A stretch of DNA of 63,786 bases, counting the filler, from Octopus bimaculoides (lineage: Eukaryota): assembly GCF_001194135.2 (NCBI RefSeq). It is 7 parts of 6 records of this genome, joined end to end, with 100 filler letters (N's around TTAATTAATTAA, not from the genome) between each part and the next. Parts side by side here need not be neighbours in the genome. Positions count along the whole stretch, not along the records: positions 10,356 to 34,908 come from NC_069001.1; positions 35,009 to 57,685 come from NC_069008.1; 5 more parts are not named here. One strand, given 5' to 3'. The first letter of the stretch is position 1, and every line of letters starts with the position of its first letter. The notes below the pieces were generated by a model. That model had not been told where the DNA came from. It saw only the letters and a list, made by a program, of their open reading frames with translations, and ran no database searches. A program made the position numbers and the translations under genes. This document shows, in pieces, positions 25,501 to 39,143 of this stretch.

Positions 25501-26290
25501 CTTCTTTTGCATCTTACTCCTCTACCATATCATCTTCAACCTATTTGTCTCTTCCTCTTCCTCTGGACTTCTTTCATTTTTTAAAATCCTTCTCCTCCCT
25601 CCACTTCCCCTCTTCTACTACATCCATCTCTTTCCTTCTCTTCTCGCTTTCCCATTTTTCTTTCTCCTTTCTGTTCACCACCTCCTCCACAAAATCCTTT
25701 TTTCACTGTTAATGTTTTCATTTTCCTGTTCATTCTTCAAAATAATGACTTCCCTGAGGAATGGAAAAAGAAAATGAAGAAGAAGAATTTTCTGTTTCTT
25801 CCCAATTTCTTCCATTTCCTTATCTTCTCTCATATTCTCTCAATGTTTTTGTAGCTATNNNNNNNNNNNNNNNNNNNNNNNNNNNNNNNNNNNNNNNNNN
25901 NNNNNNNNNNNNNNNNNNNNNNNNNNNNNNNNNNNNNNNNNNNNNNNNNNNNNNNNNNNNNNNNNNNNNNNNNNNNNNNNNNNNNNNNNNNNNNNNNNNN
26001 NNNNNNNNNNNNNNNNNNNNNNNNNNNNNNNNNNNNNNNNNNNNNNNNNNNNNNNNNNNNNNNNNNNNNNNNNNNNNNNNNNNNNNNNNNNNNNNNNNNN
26101 NNNNNNNNNNNNNNNNNNNNNNNNNNNNNNNNNNNNNNNNNNNNNNNNNNNNNNNNNNNNNNNNNNNNNNNNNNNNNNNNNNNNNNNNNNNNNNNNNNNN
26201 NNNNNNNNNNNNNNNNNNNNNNNNNNNNNNNNNNNNNNNNNNNNNNNNNNNNNNNNNNNNNNNNNNNNNNNNNNNNNNNNNNNNNNNNNN

Positions 26291-26362
<72 letters not shown>

Positions 26363-27089
26363 TTACACGCATATTTCTACACATCTATCTATCTCTCTTT
26401 CTAGAAATATTGTGTATGTGTTTATCTGTGTGCGTGTGTGTACATGTGTCTGTGTGTGTGTATATGTGTGTGTATGCAAATTAGATATAAAAACAAAAAC
26501 GGCAAAAGTCAAAATGACGTACACAATGAATGTATTAGGCTGATTCTCAGAGAAAGTTTAAGATGGAAAAAAAGCGGGGTGTGATGTTTCGAGCATATAC
26601 GTATGCATGTATGTACACACATACATTAGTAAATATTGGAGCCCATCAATATTCTAGTAACGAACTCATACACACAATTTTGTCACAAACGATTGCCCAA
26701 CCAATTCGTTACCACAGCTCTGACGTACAGACTATTTCACCCATCACCTCATATTTTCCTAACTAAATTTTTTTCCCCCACTACAAACTTTGTACTAAGT
26801 CTCCTTGTTCCTTTGTTTCTTCTGCAGAACCTTTTTTCATTTCCACATTATATAAACTGTGTCCTTTGAAATTTACTGGCCTGTCATGCAATTTTGGTAA
26901 AAAAAAAAATATAATGAGACTGAAGTTTTTAACATTTCTGGATGAACAGTAATTTTAAACAAAAAACTGACTATAATGTAATTCTTTTAAGGAATACTGG
27001 ATCCCAAAGCAAATAAAGATATAAATAATGTCTAAATATTGAGTTATAATCTTTTTGGAGAGAAAAAATTTGAAGGCTGCCTGTGGGAG

Positions 27090-27560
27090 ATGAATAGGAT
27101 ATATAAATATAACATATAAAATATATAAAATATATCGTAATATATAAAATATATTGTAATATATAAAATGTAATAGAGTAAATAAAATATAATATATGAA
27201 ATATAGAATGATATATAATATATAAAATATATAAAATATGATATAATATAGAAAACAAAATATCATATAAAATAAAATATATTGTAAAAAATAGAATATA
27301 ATATATAAAATATGATATAATATAGAAAACAAAATATCATATAAAATAAAATATATTGTAAAAAATAGAATATAATATATAAAATTTAATAGAGCATATA
27401 AAATATAATGCAGGATATAAAATATAAATATATAATATAATATGATATGCAAAATATAATACAATATATAAAATGAAATATATAAAATTTAATATAATGC
27501 ATAAAATATAGTGTATAAAATATAATACAAAAAAGATAATACGATACGAAAAATATAATG
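27090..27560. repeat. A/T-only low-complexity tract with an internal ~72-bp tandem duplication
   Basis: tataaaatatgatataatatagaaaacaaaatatcat... occurs twice, at about 27231 and 27303. Confidence 0.85.
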
Positions 27561-27849
27561 ATAGAAATAACACTTAGCTTGTGGAAACCCATTTTTGCTA
27601 TTTAATGCATAAAAAAGTGTTATATTTACTATTCACTCAGCTATTGTAATGTCAAAATTTTGTCAAACCTCTCTGGCATGACATTCTTGGCACTTCCGCA
27701 ATGTAATTGCTTCAGTTTCAGCTGAAGGTCTCAGGTGAAGTTAGTTGTCAGAAAAGGTGCCACTGAAAATAAATTGTTGTAAAATATCAAAGTAGTTAAC
27801 ACTTATGTTTGTGTATATACGCTCATTTATGTGTATAAATCTATATGCG

Positions 27850-27933
<84 letters not shown>

Positions 27934-28011
27934 AAGCGAGAGAGAGAGCAGTCTTCCTCCTATACCTATATACATATAAACACCCACACATACACATCTA
28001 TCTATACATAC

Positions 28012-28054
<43 letters not shown>

Positions 28055-28479
28055 TTTAATANNNNNNNNNNNNNNNNNNNNNNNNNNNNNNNNNNNNNNN
28101 NNNNNNNNNNNNNNNNNNNNNNNNNNNNNNNNNNNNNNNNNNNNNNNNNNNNNNNNNNNNNNNNNNNNNNNNNNNNNNNNNNNNNNNNNNNNNNNNNNNN
28201 NNNNNNNNNNNNNNNNNNNNNNNNNNNNNNNNNNNNNNNNNNNNNNNNNNNNNNNNNNNNNNNNNNNNNNNNNNNNNNNNNNNNNNNNNNNNNNNNNNNN
28301 NNNNNNNNNNNNNNNNNNNNNNNNNNNNNNNNNNNNNNNNNNNNNNNNNNNNNNNNNNNNNNNNNNNNNNNNNNNNNNNNNNNNNNNNNNNNNNNNNNNN
28401 NNNNNNNNNNNNNNNNNNNNNNNNNNNNNNNNNNNNNNNNNNNNNNNNNNNNNNNNNNNNNNNNNNNNNNNCTTCGATC

Positions 28480-29373
28480 GAAAGGTATCACCAGTATCAA
28501 AACACAAAACGCATCCCCAGCACTCTGATATCCTCAGAATATCCAAATTTATTCAATAAGTTCAGCAGATCATTGACAGAAAAAACCCAAAATCCATGAG
28601 ATCAACTGCAAAAGATCTCCTTGTGCTAGATGAGACAATCAGAATTGGTATCCATGAAGACATCCAGTCAAGAAGTTTTATGTGAGGAGAAGAGGTGAAG
28701 TCATGTCAGGAGAAATGAATAAAAAAATGAAAAAAAGGAAAATTGTTTGTTCAGATCTGAAAGCCTATTAAACAAAGTTAAAAACACAGAAGAACATGAC
28801 ATGATTTGGTTTTTCTCGGGTGAGAAAAACTTTGGACCAGAAGATTAAAAGAGAAAAAGATCCTTCTGAAGTTCCAACAATCATGCACACATAATTTCCT
28901 GCAACTGTCATGAGTTTTGGAGTTGTCAGTAATGAAGGACATGTAATGCCTCCACACTTCTTTCTACAAGGCCTTAGAGTTAACTCTGCTGGCTACATTG
29001 AAGTCCTGGAAACAGTTGTCAAGCCTTGGATAGGTAGAGTATGCAATGGAATGTCATATGTATTGCAGCAAAACTCTGCACCATCACATAAGGATCAAGC
29101 AACCCAATAATGGATGGCTGACAATTTTCATGACCATGTAGCCCAAGTCATTTGGCCTCCAAACTCACCAGATTTCAATCCATTGGAACATTATGTATGG
29201 ACTATTGTTGATAGAGAAGCCAATTAAAATCCTCATAACACCAAAGATCCTTTGAAAGCTGCCATAGCCAAGATAATGGCCAATATGAACCAGGACCATT
29301 TAATTCGGGCATATAGATGATTCACATCTTGCATAAAACCAGTTATTGGGGCTAAAAGGGGCAACATTAAATA
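28480..29373 (+). mobile_element. maT-like (DD37D-type) transposase relic
   Basis: MSFGVVSNEGHVMPPHFF...YVLQQNSAPSHK...IWPPNSPDFNPLEHYVW; ends at an (AGAT)n/(AGAC)n microsatellite. Confidence 0.8.
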
Positions 29374-32300
29374 GACAAACAGATAGATAGATAAATAGAT
29401 AGATAGATAGATAGATATATAGTAAGATGAACAGAGAGACAAACAGACCAATAGATAGGTAGACTGGACTGTGGCCATGCTGGGGCATTATCTTGAGTTT
29501 TAGTCAAATGAATCAGCCCCAGTACTTACATTTCTGTTTTTAAAGTCTGCTACTTATTTTATAGGTGTCTTCTGCTGAAACACTAAGTTACAGAGACATA
29601 AACAAACAAACTCTGGTTGTCAAGTGGTGGTGGTGGAGGTGGACCAACACAAAGACACACATATAAATATATGAGAGCAGTATCAGGTTCAAAATCAAGA
29701 GTTACCAGTTCCAGTCAAACCATCTAACCCAAGCCAGCATGGAAAGTGGACACTAAATGGTGGTGATGATGATGATATATGGAACAGGCTCCTTTCAGCT
29801 TTCATCTACCAAATCCATTCAGAAAGCTTTGGTCAACTTGGTCTGTAGTAGAAGACATTTGCCCAAGGTGCCACACAGTGGGACTAAACCCAAAACCATG
29901 TGGTTGGGAAAAAATTTCTTACCCCACAGCCATATACATATGTAAGCATATATACATAGACATATTTATACACATATATCAACCTTTCTTCCTAAAAATA
30001 TATTCAACATGAAAGTGAAGGATTAACCAATTCTTCTTAGAACAGTAAATGTTTATTAACTTTTAGAAAGAAAAGGTTAGCAGCAACTTCAAAGTTTCAG
30101 TTTGCTTGTCATCTTCACTTTGTCTGAGCTAACCAAAACTTTGAAGTTGCTGTCAACGTTTCCCCTGTAAAAAATGTCAATACAAACATGTACACATATA
30201 TTATGAATGAGCAAAAACCAGAACAAACAAAAATAGAGATTTTGAGTTTACAGAGACAATATTTATTTATATATCACCTGAGGAAACACAAGATTTCATA
30301 ATGTAGGGAAACGGTTCCATAACCAAACACCTGAGAACCTGGAAAACTACATTACATGGAAACAATTGTAGTAATCACAAATAAATGTCCAACTGTACGC
30401 CTTATTGTTGACTCCAACTTATTCAACTATATATCTGTATATATANNNNNNNNNNNNNNNNNNNNNNNNNNNNNNNNNNNNNNNNNNNNNNNNNNNNNNN
30501 NNNNNNNNNNNNNNNNNNNNNNNNNNNNNNNNNNNNNNNNNNNNNNNNNNNNNNNNNNNNNNNNNNNNNNNNNNNNNNNNNNNNNNNNNNNNNNNNNNNN
30601 NNNNNNNNNNNNNNNNNNNNNNNNNNNNNNNNNNNNNNNNNNNNNNNNNNNNNNNNNNNNNNNNNNNNNNNNNNNNNNNNNNNNNNNNNNNNNNNNNNNN
30701 NNNNNNNNNNNNNNNNNNNNNNNNNNNNNNNNNNNNNNNNNNNNNNNNNNNNNNNNNNNNNNNNNNNNNNNNNNNNNNNNNNNNNNNNNNNNNNNNNNNN
30801 NNNNNNNNNNNNNNNNNNNNNNNNNNNNNNNNNNNNNNNNNNNNNNNNNNNNNNNNNNNNNNNNNNNNNNNNNNNNNNNNNNNNNNNNNNNNNNNNNNNN
30901 NNNNNNNNNNNNNNNNNNNNNNNNNNNNNNNNNNNNNNNNNNNNNNNNNNNNNNNNNNNNNNNNNNNNNNNNNNNNNNNNNNNNNNNNNNNNNNNNNNNN
31001 NNNNNNNNNNNNNNNNNNNNNNNNNNNNNNNNNNNNNNNNNNNNNNNNNNNNNNNNNNNNNNNNNNNNNNNNNNNNNNNNNNNNNNNNNNNNNNNNNNNN
31101 NNNNNNNNNNNNNNNNNNNNNNNNNNNNNNNNNNNNNNNNNNNNNNNNNNNNNNNNNNNNNNNNNNNNNNNNNNNTATATAGTCAATTCAAACATGAACA
31201 AACAAGAAAAAACATGAAAAAACAACGCGAGGATGTGGAATATATACAGTGTTATTGGACGCTCAGGAAAGGAAAGAAAAGAAAGAGGATTTAACGTTTT
31301 GATTGGAGATCTTCGTCAGAAATATACGAAAAGTCCAAAGAAGGGAAGACAGAGAAAGAAAATCGCCAACGATGCACATGCGCTCCCATATATATATATA
31401 TATAGTATGAATTATAGAGATAAACACTTGTAAACCACATGTACCACTTGGTGGGTTTCTGCGGTTGATACCTAGTGAAAGGCTAAATGAGATGACAAGT
31501 GCATTACTGGTCATCTCTCTTCAACAGGCTGCTCGGTCCTAATCACAGAGACTCAATGAGAGTACTTATGTTGTGAAAGTGTTTATTGCTATAATCCAAT
31601 GATATACAGATGTCTCTTCATGATGACCTCATTTGTCTTTGTGTCTACTGAAAAATCTATGGTGGTGGTGGGGGTGGAGGAGTGGCAACGTATGCAGGCC
31701 AGTTGGGAGCACATAGTAATTTACAACTTTTGTCTGTCACCTACGCTTCAAACCATAGCAGATATGCAGAGGGCCTGAATAGTTATGCTAGAGATGTCAA
31801 GGATAGGAAGTCAAGGAAGCCCAAAAAGACACCAATCATCTGGGAAGCAGTCGCCACAGACATACCATATACAGCAATCACCATATACATACATGCATAT
31901 ATGTGCAGACATGTGCAGACATGTGCATATATTTGTGTGTAGTTACAAGAACTTTAAAATCTTAATAAGGTTTCATACGAGAGCATGCTGGAAAGTTCTT
32001 AGTTTTAAGGGTACAATAAAAAGCCTGGTTGGAGGCCCAACATCCCAAGTTCTTATATAATACTTAGAAAAACTGAAGGACCATTGCAATAATTGTGTGA
32101 ATCTGCGAGGGGAATATGTTGAATAAAATCATATCTGATGCTCCTGTATTTTCTGTTACCCAAAGCCAGGAACTTTTCAGCACCCCCTCATATGTAGAAT
32201 TATTCAGATCTGATGCTTGTTGCGTTTTAGAACCAGGTTATCCCAAGTCTAGCAGTCCAATTATCAAAATATTCCAACCATGACTATCACATCTGATTGA

Positions 32301-32997
32301 TAGTATCATTTCTTGTGTCTTTTTTTTTTAAGTGTGATAGTAGAGTTGAGATTTAAGGAAGGTTTGGTTTCACAGCTGTTTCTAACACTTCAAACAGTCA
32401 TGTAGTGACTCATAGTTGGCTTTCATCAGATAATTCACGAATACCTAAGGCTTAGAGATTGTTGATTACAGGAATATTCAGTAAGCAACCGGTATTATAC
32501 CATTCTAATTTCAAGCAAGCTTCCTTAATGTTTTGCATTTAAATATGCAGTTTCCTGAAGCCATAATCAGCTACTGGCTTAGAAGTTACATACAAAGGTG
32601 AAGTAACAGCATAGATGTTTCAGCCTTGATTAGATATAATGGTTGTTCCTTTATTTGATATTTAATTTAATCTTTTCAAGAAGTAAGGTATTTCTTAAAA
32701 TAATTGCTGCTGGGCATTTCTGAAAACCTCAACAGAATTTTGTAGTCAAGAAGTTTAAGTCACAATCATGTACTTCCATGTTTCGAATATCAAGCATGAC
32801 AAATTTCCACAACAATGGTCTCTGTTCAACTGAAGAATTTCTAAGTGAAATTGTGAAGAAGAAACTTTACAAGACATATATTTACTGTTGCAAAAACTGT
32901 AGGTTGTCAAACCTAAGTAGCAGCTGGTATATTTTGATCATTAATGTGATGATGTAATAACTGTATACACACACATATGTATGTATATATATATATC

Positions 32998-33029
<32 letters not shown>

Positions 33030-33143
33030 CATATATTCATATAGATATGCAGGGCAGGGAATCGTCAATTAGTAATAAAATTAATAATCAACAATTTTGC
33101 CGGGTAGCTCAGTATGAAAAAACCTTCTTCGGTAAAAAACATT

Positions 33144-33453
33144 TATAATCATAAATATATAGGGATTGACAGTAACCTGCTTCTCCAACATACTGAGAAT
33201 TCAGAAATAGCAGTCAAAGAACTACTGATTTCAAAACTACAAATTATTACTCCAGATTGATAGCGATATTTTTGATACACACAGAACAAAAAACAGTCTA
33301 CTGTTTTTTGTTCTGTGTGTATCAAAAATATCGCTATCAATCTAGAGTAATAATTTGTAGTTTTGAAATCAGTAGTTCTTTGACTGCTATTTCTGAATTC
33401 TCAGTATGTTGGAGAAGCAGGTTACTGTCAATCCCTATATATTTATGATTATA
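33144..33453. repeat. Near-perfect 310-bp palindrome
   Basis: 154-bp arms, a 2-nt loop (CT at 33298-99) and one mismatch on my reading (tactccagattg vs tactctagattg). Confidence 0.92.
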
Positions 33454-33515
33454 TTCATATATGTAGAAACATATAAATGTATATGCATTTATACACATAG
33501 ACATGTATACATATA

Positions 33516-34764
33516 CATGGTGTGGTGAATAAATTGTCGTCTAAATTATGCAAAAATAAAAATAACACTGACATCTCATTTTAACAAGGTATATTTACCA
33601 AAATTACATAAAAATATCTTGAAATACTAAACAGTAAATTTATTCAATAAAATCACCATTGACTTCAACCACGGGCTCCAGACGACTTCGGAATCTCCTG
33701 CAACTCTTCTGGATTGCCTCCTTGATTAAGTTGGTGAATGCTGCCATTATCCTTGCCTTCAGTTTATCTTTGGTGTTATAAGGAGTTTTGTTAGTCTCAA
33801 GGGGGTTGCTGTCTGGTGAGTTAGGTGGCCAGATGTTAGGGATAATGTAGTTGCAGAAAATGTCTGACAGCCATGACTGGGTTCTCCTACTTATGTGGCA
33901 TGTCCTGTTGCCATAGGGTCTTCTAGCAGCCACCCTCTTGACCCAGGGAAGCACTACCCCCACCAGGCACATGATGTAGGCCTCTGATTTTTGAGTGTGA
34001 GGCCGTGTGGGAAGATGAATGGAGGCATAACATTGCCATCACCAGTGATCACTCCACACACTGTGTTGTCGTCTGGATGTTTGATTCTTTTATCAATCTC
34101 AGTACATGTTTTGGTGACACAGCAAGCCAACAGTTGTTCTGTGTATTCACCATCTGATCCTGGCAGAATATTTTCTCGTCTGAGAAAAATCAAAGCATGT
34201 TCGGTTGGAGGAAACGCTTGAGCTTGTTCAAAAGCTTTGCAGCACAGTTTTTCATCTTGTCCTTGATAGCTTGGGATAAAAATTGGCCCTTTATCATCTT
34301 GTATGAGAAATACCAAATGTCTTCATGCACTACCTGCCTGATATGAAACTCAGACACTCCCATGTCCCTGGGAATGGACCTGATTGACTTGGAGGGATCG
34401 CTGTCAATCATTGACTGGATCTCACCAACAAATTCAGTTCTTTTCTTATCAGAACGACCAGAGTGAGTTTTCTGAGTTGCTGTACCTTCGTAATCACCAT
34501 TAGACACATCCATTCTCTGCACTGTCCTCAGATTGACACCCAAACACTCTGAAATGTATTGGAGCTTCCGGTATGAATGCCAGCATGTTGTTTCCAAATT
34601 TCTGGCAGAGTGAATTGTGTCATGGTGCTGTTTTTCTCACAGACGTTGCCCAACTGACACTACTATACTGTGTAGTCGACAAAATTAAAAACAAACAATG
34701 CACATGCGTGAAATTAAAAAAATCAGATGATATCAGATGGCAACAATTTACCTATCACACCCTG
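33516..34764 (-). mobile_element. Full-length maT-like Tc1/mariner element, pseudogenised
   Basis: Degenerate TIRs CAGGGTGTGATAGGTAAATTG / CATGGTGTGGTGAATAAATTG with TA flanks. Transposase motifs FFSDEK, GVITGDGNVMPPFIF, WPPNSPDSNPL and CRRFRSRLE.V.EVNGDFIE*. Confidence 0.88.
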
Positions 34765-35249
34765 TAGATATATACATGTAGACACATATATATGTACATA
34801 TACCTATTTATATACATCTACACATTCACACACATACATGTATATCTAACTCTTTATGTATGTGTATGTATGTATGTCTGTGTATATATATATATACATA
34901 AATATATANNNNNNNNNNNNNNNNNNNNNNNNNNNNNNNNNNNNNNNNNNNNTTAATTAATTAANNNNNNNNNNNNNNNNNNNNNNNNNNNNNNNNNNNN
35001 NNNNNNNNTACGTATGCACAATATACAAATACATATAAATACACATAGGCGTAAGCACACACATACATAGAAAAGAAGATGAATTTAAAGTCTCTATTAT
35101 TGCTTTTATTTCAATTTCAATTTTCATAATTTTTATAGTTTATAAAATTTTAATTTTTATTACTGAACATGATTTTTTTTAGAAAGGAAAGGCATAGAAA
35201 TATATAGAAAAGGAAAATATTTGTTCACAGATTATATAAATTCCGCCTG

Positions 35250-35286
<37 letters not shown>

Positions 35287-35674
35287 GTAGGAAAAGATGA
35301 GTTCAAAAAGAATAATTCAAACTTTTGGGGAGATCCAAAAAGAGAGAAAAAATTATTTCTAATAAGAATACATATGTATATATTCATGAATATATATATA
35401 CAGTTGATAAGTCTTTATTTGGGAAAAGAACCGACTGTCAGAAACAGGAGGGATACAACTACACTGCGTTGTTGATGCGTGTTGATGAAAACTGCACTGT
35501 GGGCTCTAGCAGAATATTTGAAGCTGATGCAATCGGTCCATTCAACAAGTTGCTGCATGAATAGATAGGAGATACAACACAAATTAGAAAATATAAGCGG
35601 AAACAACAAAAGCAACAACCACAACAACAAGAAAAAGAACAAAAATAAAAAAAACTAATGTTTTGTGTACTTAC

Positions 35675-35702
35675 TTGGACCATCACCCTCAAACCAAACT
35701 GG
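35675..35702 (-). CDS. Candidate 28-nt micro-exon (xQFGLRVMVQ) upstream of the 2000-2185 exon
   Basis: ttgttcag acceptor (weak pyrimidine tract) and perfect CAA|GTAAGT donor. It ends in phase 0, so it joins to give FGLRVMVQ-DTEGR. Inferred only. Confidence 0.3.
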
Positions 35703-36494
35703 CTGAACAATATTTTTTATGTCTTTCAATTTTTTTTATCTTCCATTTTTTTCTTTCTCTATTCTTTTAAATATACTCACACGAAGACATATTCTTATGA
35801 ACATTTATATTTATATTCATTTTCATATTTCATATATTTTGGGCATCCGTACAAACACACACATGTATGTGTATATGTGTGTATATATACCATGGGCTTG
35901 TTTCAGTTTCTGTCTACCAGATCCACTCACAGGCCAAGGTGCCAAGCAATGGGACTGAACCTGGTACCATGTGGTTAGGAAGCAAGCTTCTTACTACACA
36001 GCCACACCTGCGCCTACACACATACACACACCCACATATACATATAGACACATACATACATACGTATGTATATGCGCGTATATATCTACCTANNNNNNNN
36101 NNNNNNNNNNNNNNNNNNNNNNNNNNNNNNNNNNNNNNNNNNNNNNNNNNNNNNNNNNNNNNNNNNNNNNNNNNNNNNNNNNNNNNNNNNNNNNNNNNNN
36201 NNNNNNNNNNNNNNNNNNNNNNNNNNNNNNNNNNNNNNNNNNNNNNNNNNNNNNNNNNNNNNNNNNNNNNNNNNNNNNNNNNNNNNNNNNNNNNNNNNNN
36301 NNNNNNNNNNNNNNNNNNNNNNNNNNNNNNNNNNNNNNNNNNNNNNNNNNNNNNNNNNNNNNNNNNNNNNNNNNNNNNNNNNNNNNNNNNNNNNNNNNNN
36401 NNNNNNNNNNNNNNNNNNNNNNNNNNNNNNNNNNNNNNNNNNNNNNNNNNNNNNNNNNNNNNNNNNNNNNNNNNNNNNNNNNNNNNNNNNNNNN

Positions 36495-36539
<45 letters not shown>

Positions 36540-36592
36540 AGCGAGCAGACTAACAAAAGAAAGGCACTCGACACTTTTATTGGGAGTTACAC

Positions 36593-36758
36593 ATATGGAT
36601 CAAACAGTTTGATTTAAATTCCTTGGTACTCTGAGTTTCAAGCATGATTCTAGACTTTAGCCATTGGAATTAGAATTCTAATCCCAATGGCTGAAGACTA
36701 GTATCCTGCTTGAAATGCGGAGTACCAAAGAATTTGTATCAAACTGTTTGATCCATAT
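36593..36758. mobile_element. Small foldback/MITE-like palindrome
   Basis: atatggatcaaacagtttgat...atcaaactgtttgatccatat arms pairing along the whole length; perfect central palindrome attagaattctaat. Confidence 0.78.
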
Positions 36759-37695
36759 ATATGTATATATTATTAAAAATCAGGATACAATGTGAACCTA
36801 TTTGCTAGAAAGAAGAGTTAGAACTCTCCAAAGCCAAGCATCTCTCACTATATGTAAACACACATGTAGAATGTTGCAAATATACTAAAAAAAAACAGTT
36901 GTCTCCATTTGTAAAACTACAAAGAGGAGGGTAGATATTCCAGTATCAATTGATTTCACCATGATGTTGTATACAACAAACGGAGGATTAAAAAAATATG
37001 CAAAATATTTAACCAATGAGGTCTAAGAACTACATTCCTGACAACTAGCAAATATATATTAATTGCAGGCAGGGAGACTGTTTTGTTATGCAACCATAAT
37101 ATACGACGAGCTATGTTAATGACTTTATAAGTCAATATTGTGTTCTAGCAGTGCAATTCAATGACTTTTAAAAGTTATCTTAACACGGCGGTGCATCAGC
37201 ATGGCCGCAGCTCTAAGCTGAAACTATAAAAGAAAGATAAAAGAAAGATATTTTCTATAGAAACCAGAGCCAGCACTGAAAGTTACAACATTTTGTATAC
37301 AAATACACCTACGTAAACAATGTGATCGAAGATAGAAAAATTTACAATGGCTGAATATGCGTATTTTCAGCAATGAAGCTACATAAGTGTAATAAAATTT
37401 TCAAGCATTTATGTAATATTGGTCAATTGAAAGCTTTCATTTGGCAGTATAACGCCATGGTAATGGAGATCAGCATAAACAAAACTTTATGTGGTCTCTC
37501 AACCTGCAAGAAATACCAATTAAACTTTCCTTAAACTGCATCATAACATCTAACATACACAAAAGACAACTTATTGCGACACAGCTACATTCATTTCCTG
37601 TCTTGAGGCAGGCCCAAGTGTTTTCTACTTGTTAGGTGATATAACATTTAAAGTGCAGTGAATTTCCATGGATGTAAATCTTTTCTCAAACTCAC

Positions 37696-38159
37696 AGCCT
37701 TTGAAAATTACAAGCAATGTTTAAAAAGCTATCTATGTATCTTACTATCTACTTGTATATCCATAAACCTTTTATATATCTTTCATCTCTTAAATCCATG
37801 AACCTCTGAAAGTTTTATAATATTATTTTGCTTGTTCCAGTCAGGTTTTTTCCGTGAGTTACGCTTACATCTCCAAGAGAAGTTTTAACTCGAATGGAGA
37901 AATACACACGCACATGCACAAATATATATATATAGGATGTGACAAGAAACAATAAAGAAGAGAAGGAGGAGGAGATGATTATTAAGTATAACTATTTGAA
38001 CCATTTCAACCATGTTTGTGCTTATTGAGACAGATGACCACACATGAGCGAGAGATGGGACGAAGGAGGAGGAAGCGTTGACGGCAGGTGATGATGGCGG
38101 TAGTAGTGGGAGTCATGATGGGGATAGTGGTGATTGTACTCACAATTTTCTTCAGACAT
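37696..38159 (-). other. Cluster of candidate small 5' exons (38159-38144, 37888-37869, 37805-37753)
   Basis: ATG TCT GAA GAA AAT T|GTGAGT; a 20-nt exon ending GAT|GTAAGC (acceptor is an unusual GAG); a 63-nt intron ending aactttcag; then RFMDLRDERYIKGLWIY with a weak AA|GTAGAT donor. Phases are mutually compatible, but a stronger GTGAGT donor at 37695 would include a stop. Confidence 0.22.
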
Positions 38160-38539
38160 TAAATTGATTACTATTGTTTAAATAGTTCCAATTAAATAAG
38201 TCCAGAAGTTAGGTTAAATATATATATGTGTATATATATGCATAAGTACCATGAATTCCCATTCTACAAACTGGCAAGCAATTCTGTGAATACTTTACTG
38301 GGCAACGCTGGGTAGTAAGTCTAACCACATCGAACCATCTCAAGTGTAACTGCCCAAAATAGTTGTGACTTCTGGGACTTGACTGATGAAAGAAAGCCAA
38401 GAATGACCCATCTTTTTTTGCCTGTCCTTCTAATTGTTGTTCCTCTTGTCTGCCTTTGTATTGTCTATCTGTCTGAACGTTTTAATGCCCTCTATTGTGT
38501 TTTTGTTCCATTTATATATACATATATATGTAAAGCTGA

Positions 38540-39143
38540 ACTCTTGAGAGAAAAGCTGAACATTAGAAGCATCAGTTGTGGCGTGCAAGAGAGACGATTG
38601 CGCTGGTATGGACATGTGGTGAGAATGGAGGAGGATAGCTGCATGAAAAAGTGCCACACCCTAACAGTTGAGGGAACCCNNNNNNNNNNNNNNNNNNNNN
38701 NNNNNNNNNNNNNNNNNNNNNNNNNNNNNNNNNNNNNNNNNNNNNNNNNNNNNNNNNNNNNNNNNNNNNNNNNNNNNNNNNNNNNNNNNNNNNNNNNNNN
38801 NNNNNNNNNNNNNNNNNNNNNNNNNNNNNNNNNNNNNNNNNNNNNNNNNNNNNNNNNNNNNNNNNNNNNNNNNNNNNNNNNNNNNNNNNNNNNNNNNNNN
38901 NNNNNNNNNNNNNNNNATAAAAGACACCATTTCGAGCGTGGCCGTTTTCGTGCGGGTGACACGTAAAAGCACCCACTACACTCTCTGAGTGGTTGGCGTT
39001 AGGAAGGGCATCCAGCTGTAGAAACTCTGCCAAATCAGACTGGAGCCTGGTGTTGCCATCCGGTTTCACCAGTCCTCAGTCAAATCGTCCAACCCATGCT
39101 AGCATGGAAAGCGGACGTTAAACGATGATGATGATGATGATGA
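38540..39143 (+). mobile_element. RTE LINE 3' end: RT C-terminus, gap, 3' UTR, (GAT)n
   Basis: LREKLNIRSISCGVQERRLRWYGHVVRMEEDSCMKKCHTLTVEGT directly upstream of the widespread tail; this identifies the tail family as RTE-derived. Confidence 0.88.

Noticed and set aside
26955-27592. Y/I/F-rich ORFs
   Set aside because: Translation of an A/T-only low-complexity repeat.
30275-30335. Possible 61-nt minus-strand exon (tagttttccag...CAG|GTGATA); similar candidate near 32830
   Set aside because: Plausible splice sites but no homology support and no unique reading frame; chance level in AT-rich introns.
33149-33448. Two nearly identical 63-aa ORFs
   Set aside because: A consequence of the palindrome; no coding signature.
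2000-38159. Possible CpG-decay gradient marking a methylated gene body
   Set aside because: CpG-rich and CpG-poor repeat copies are intermixed inside and outside the putative gene; element age explains it as well.
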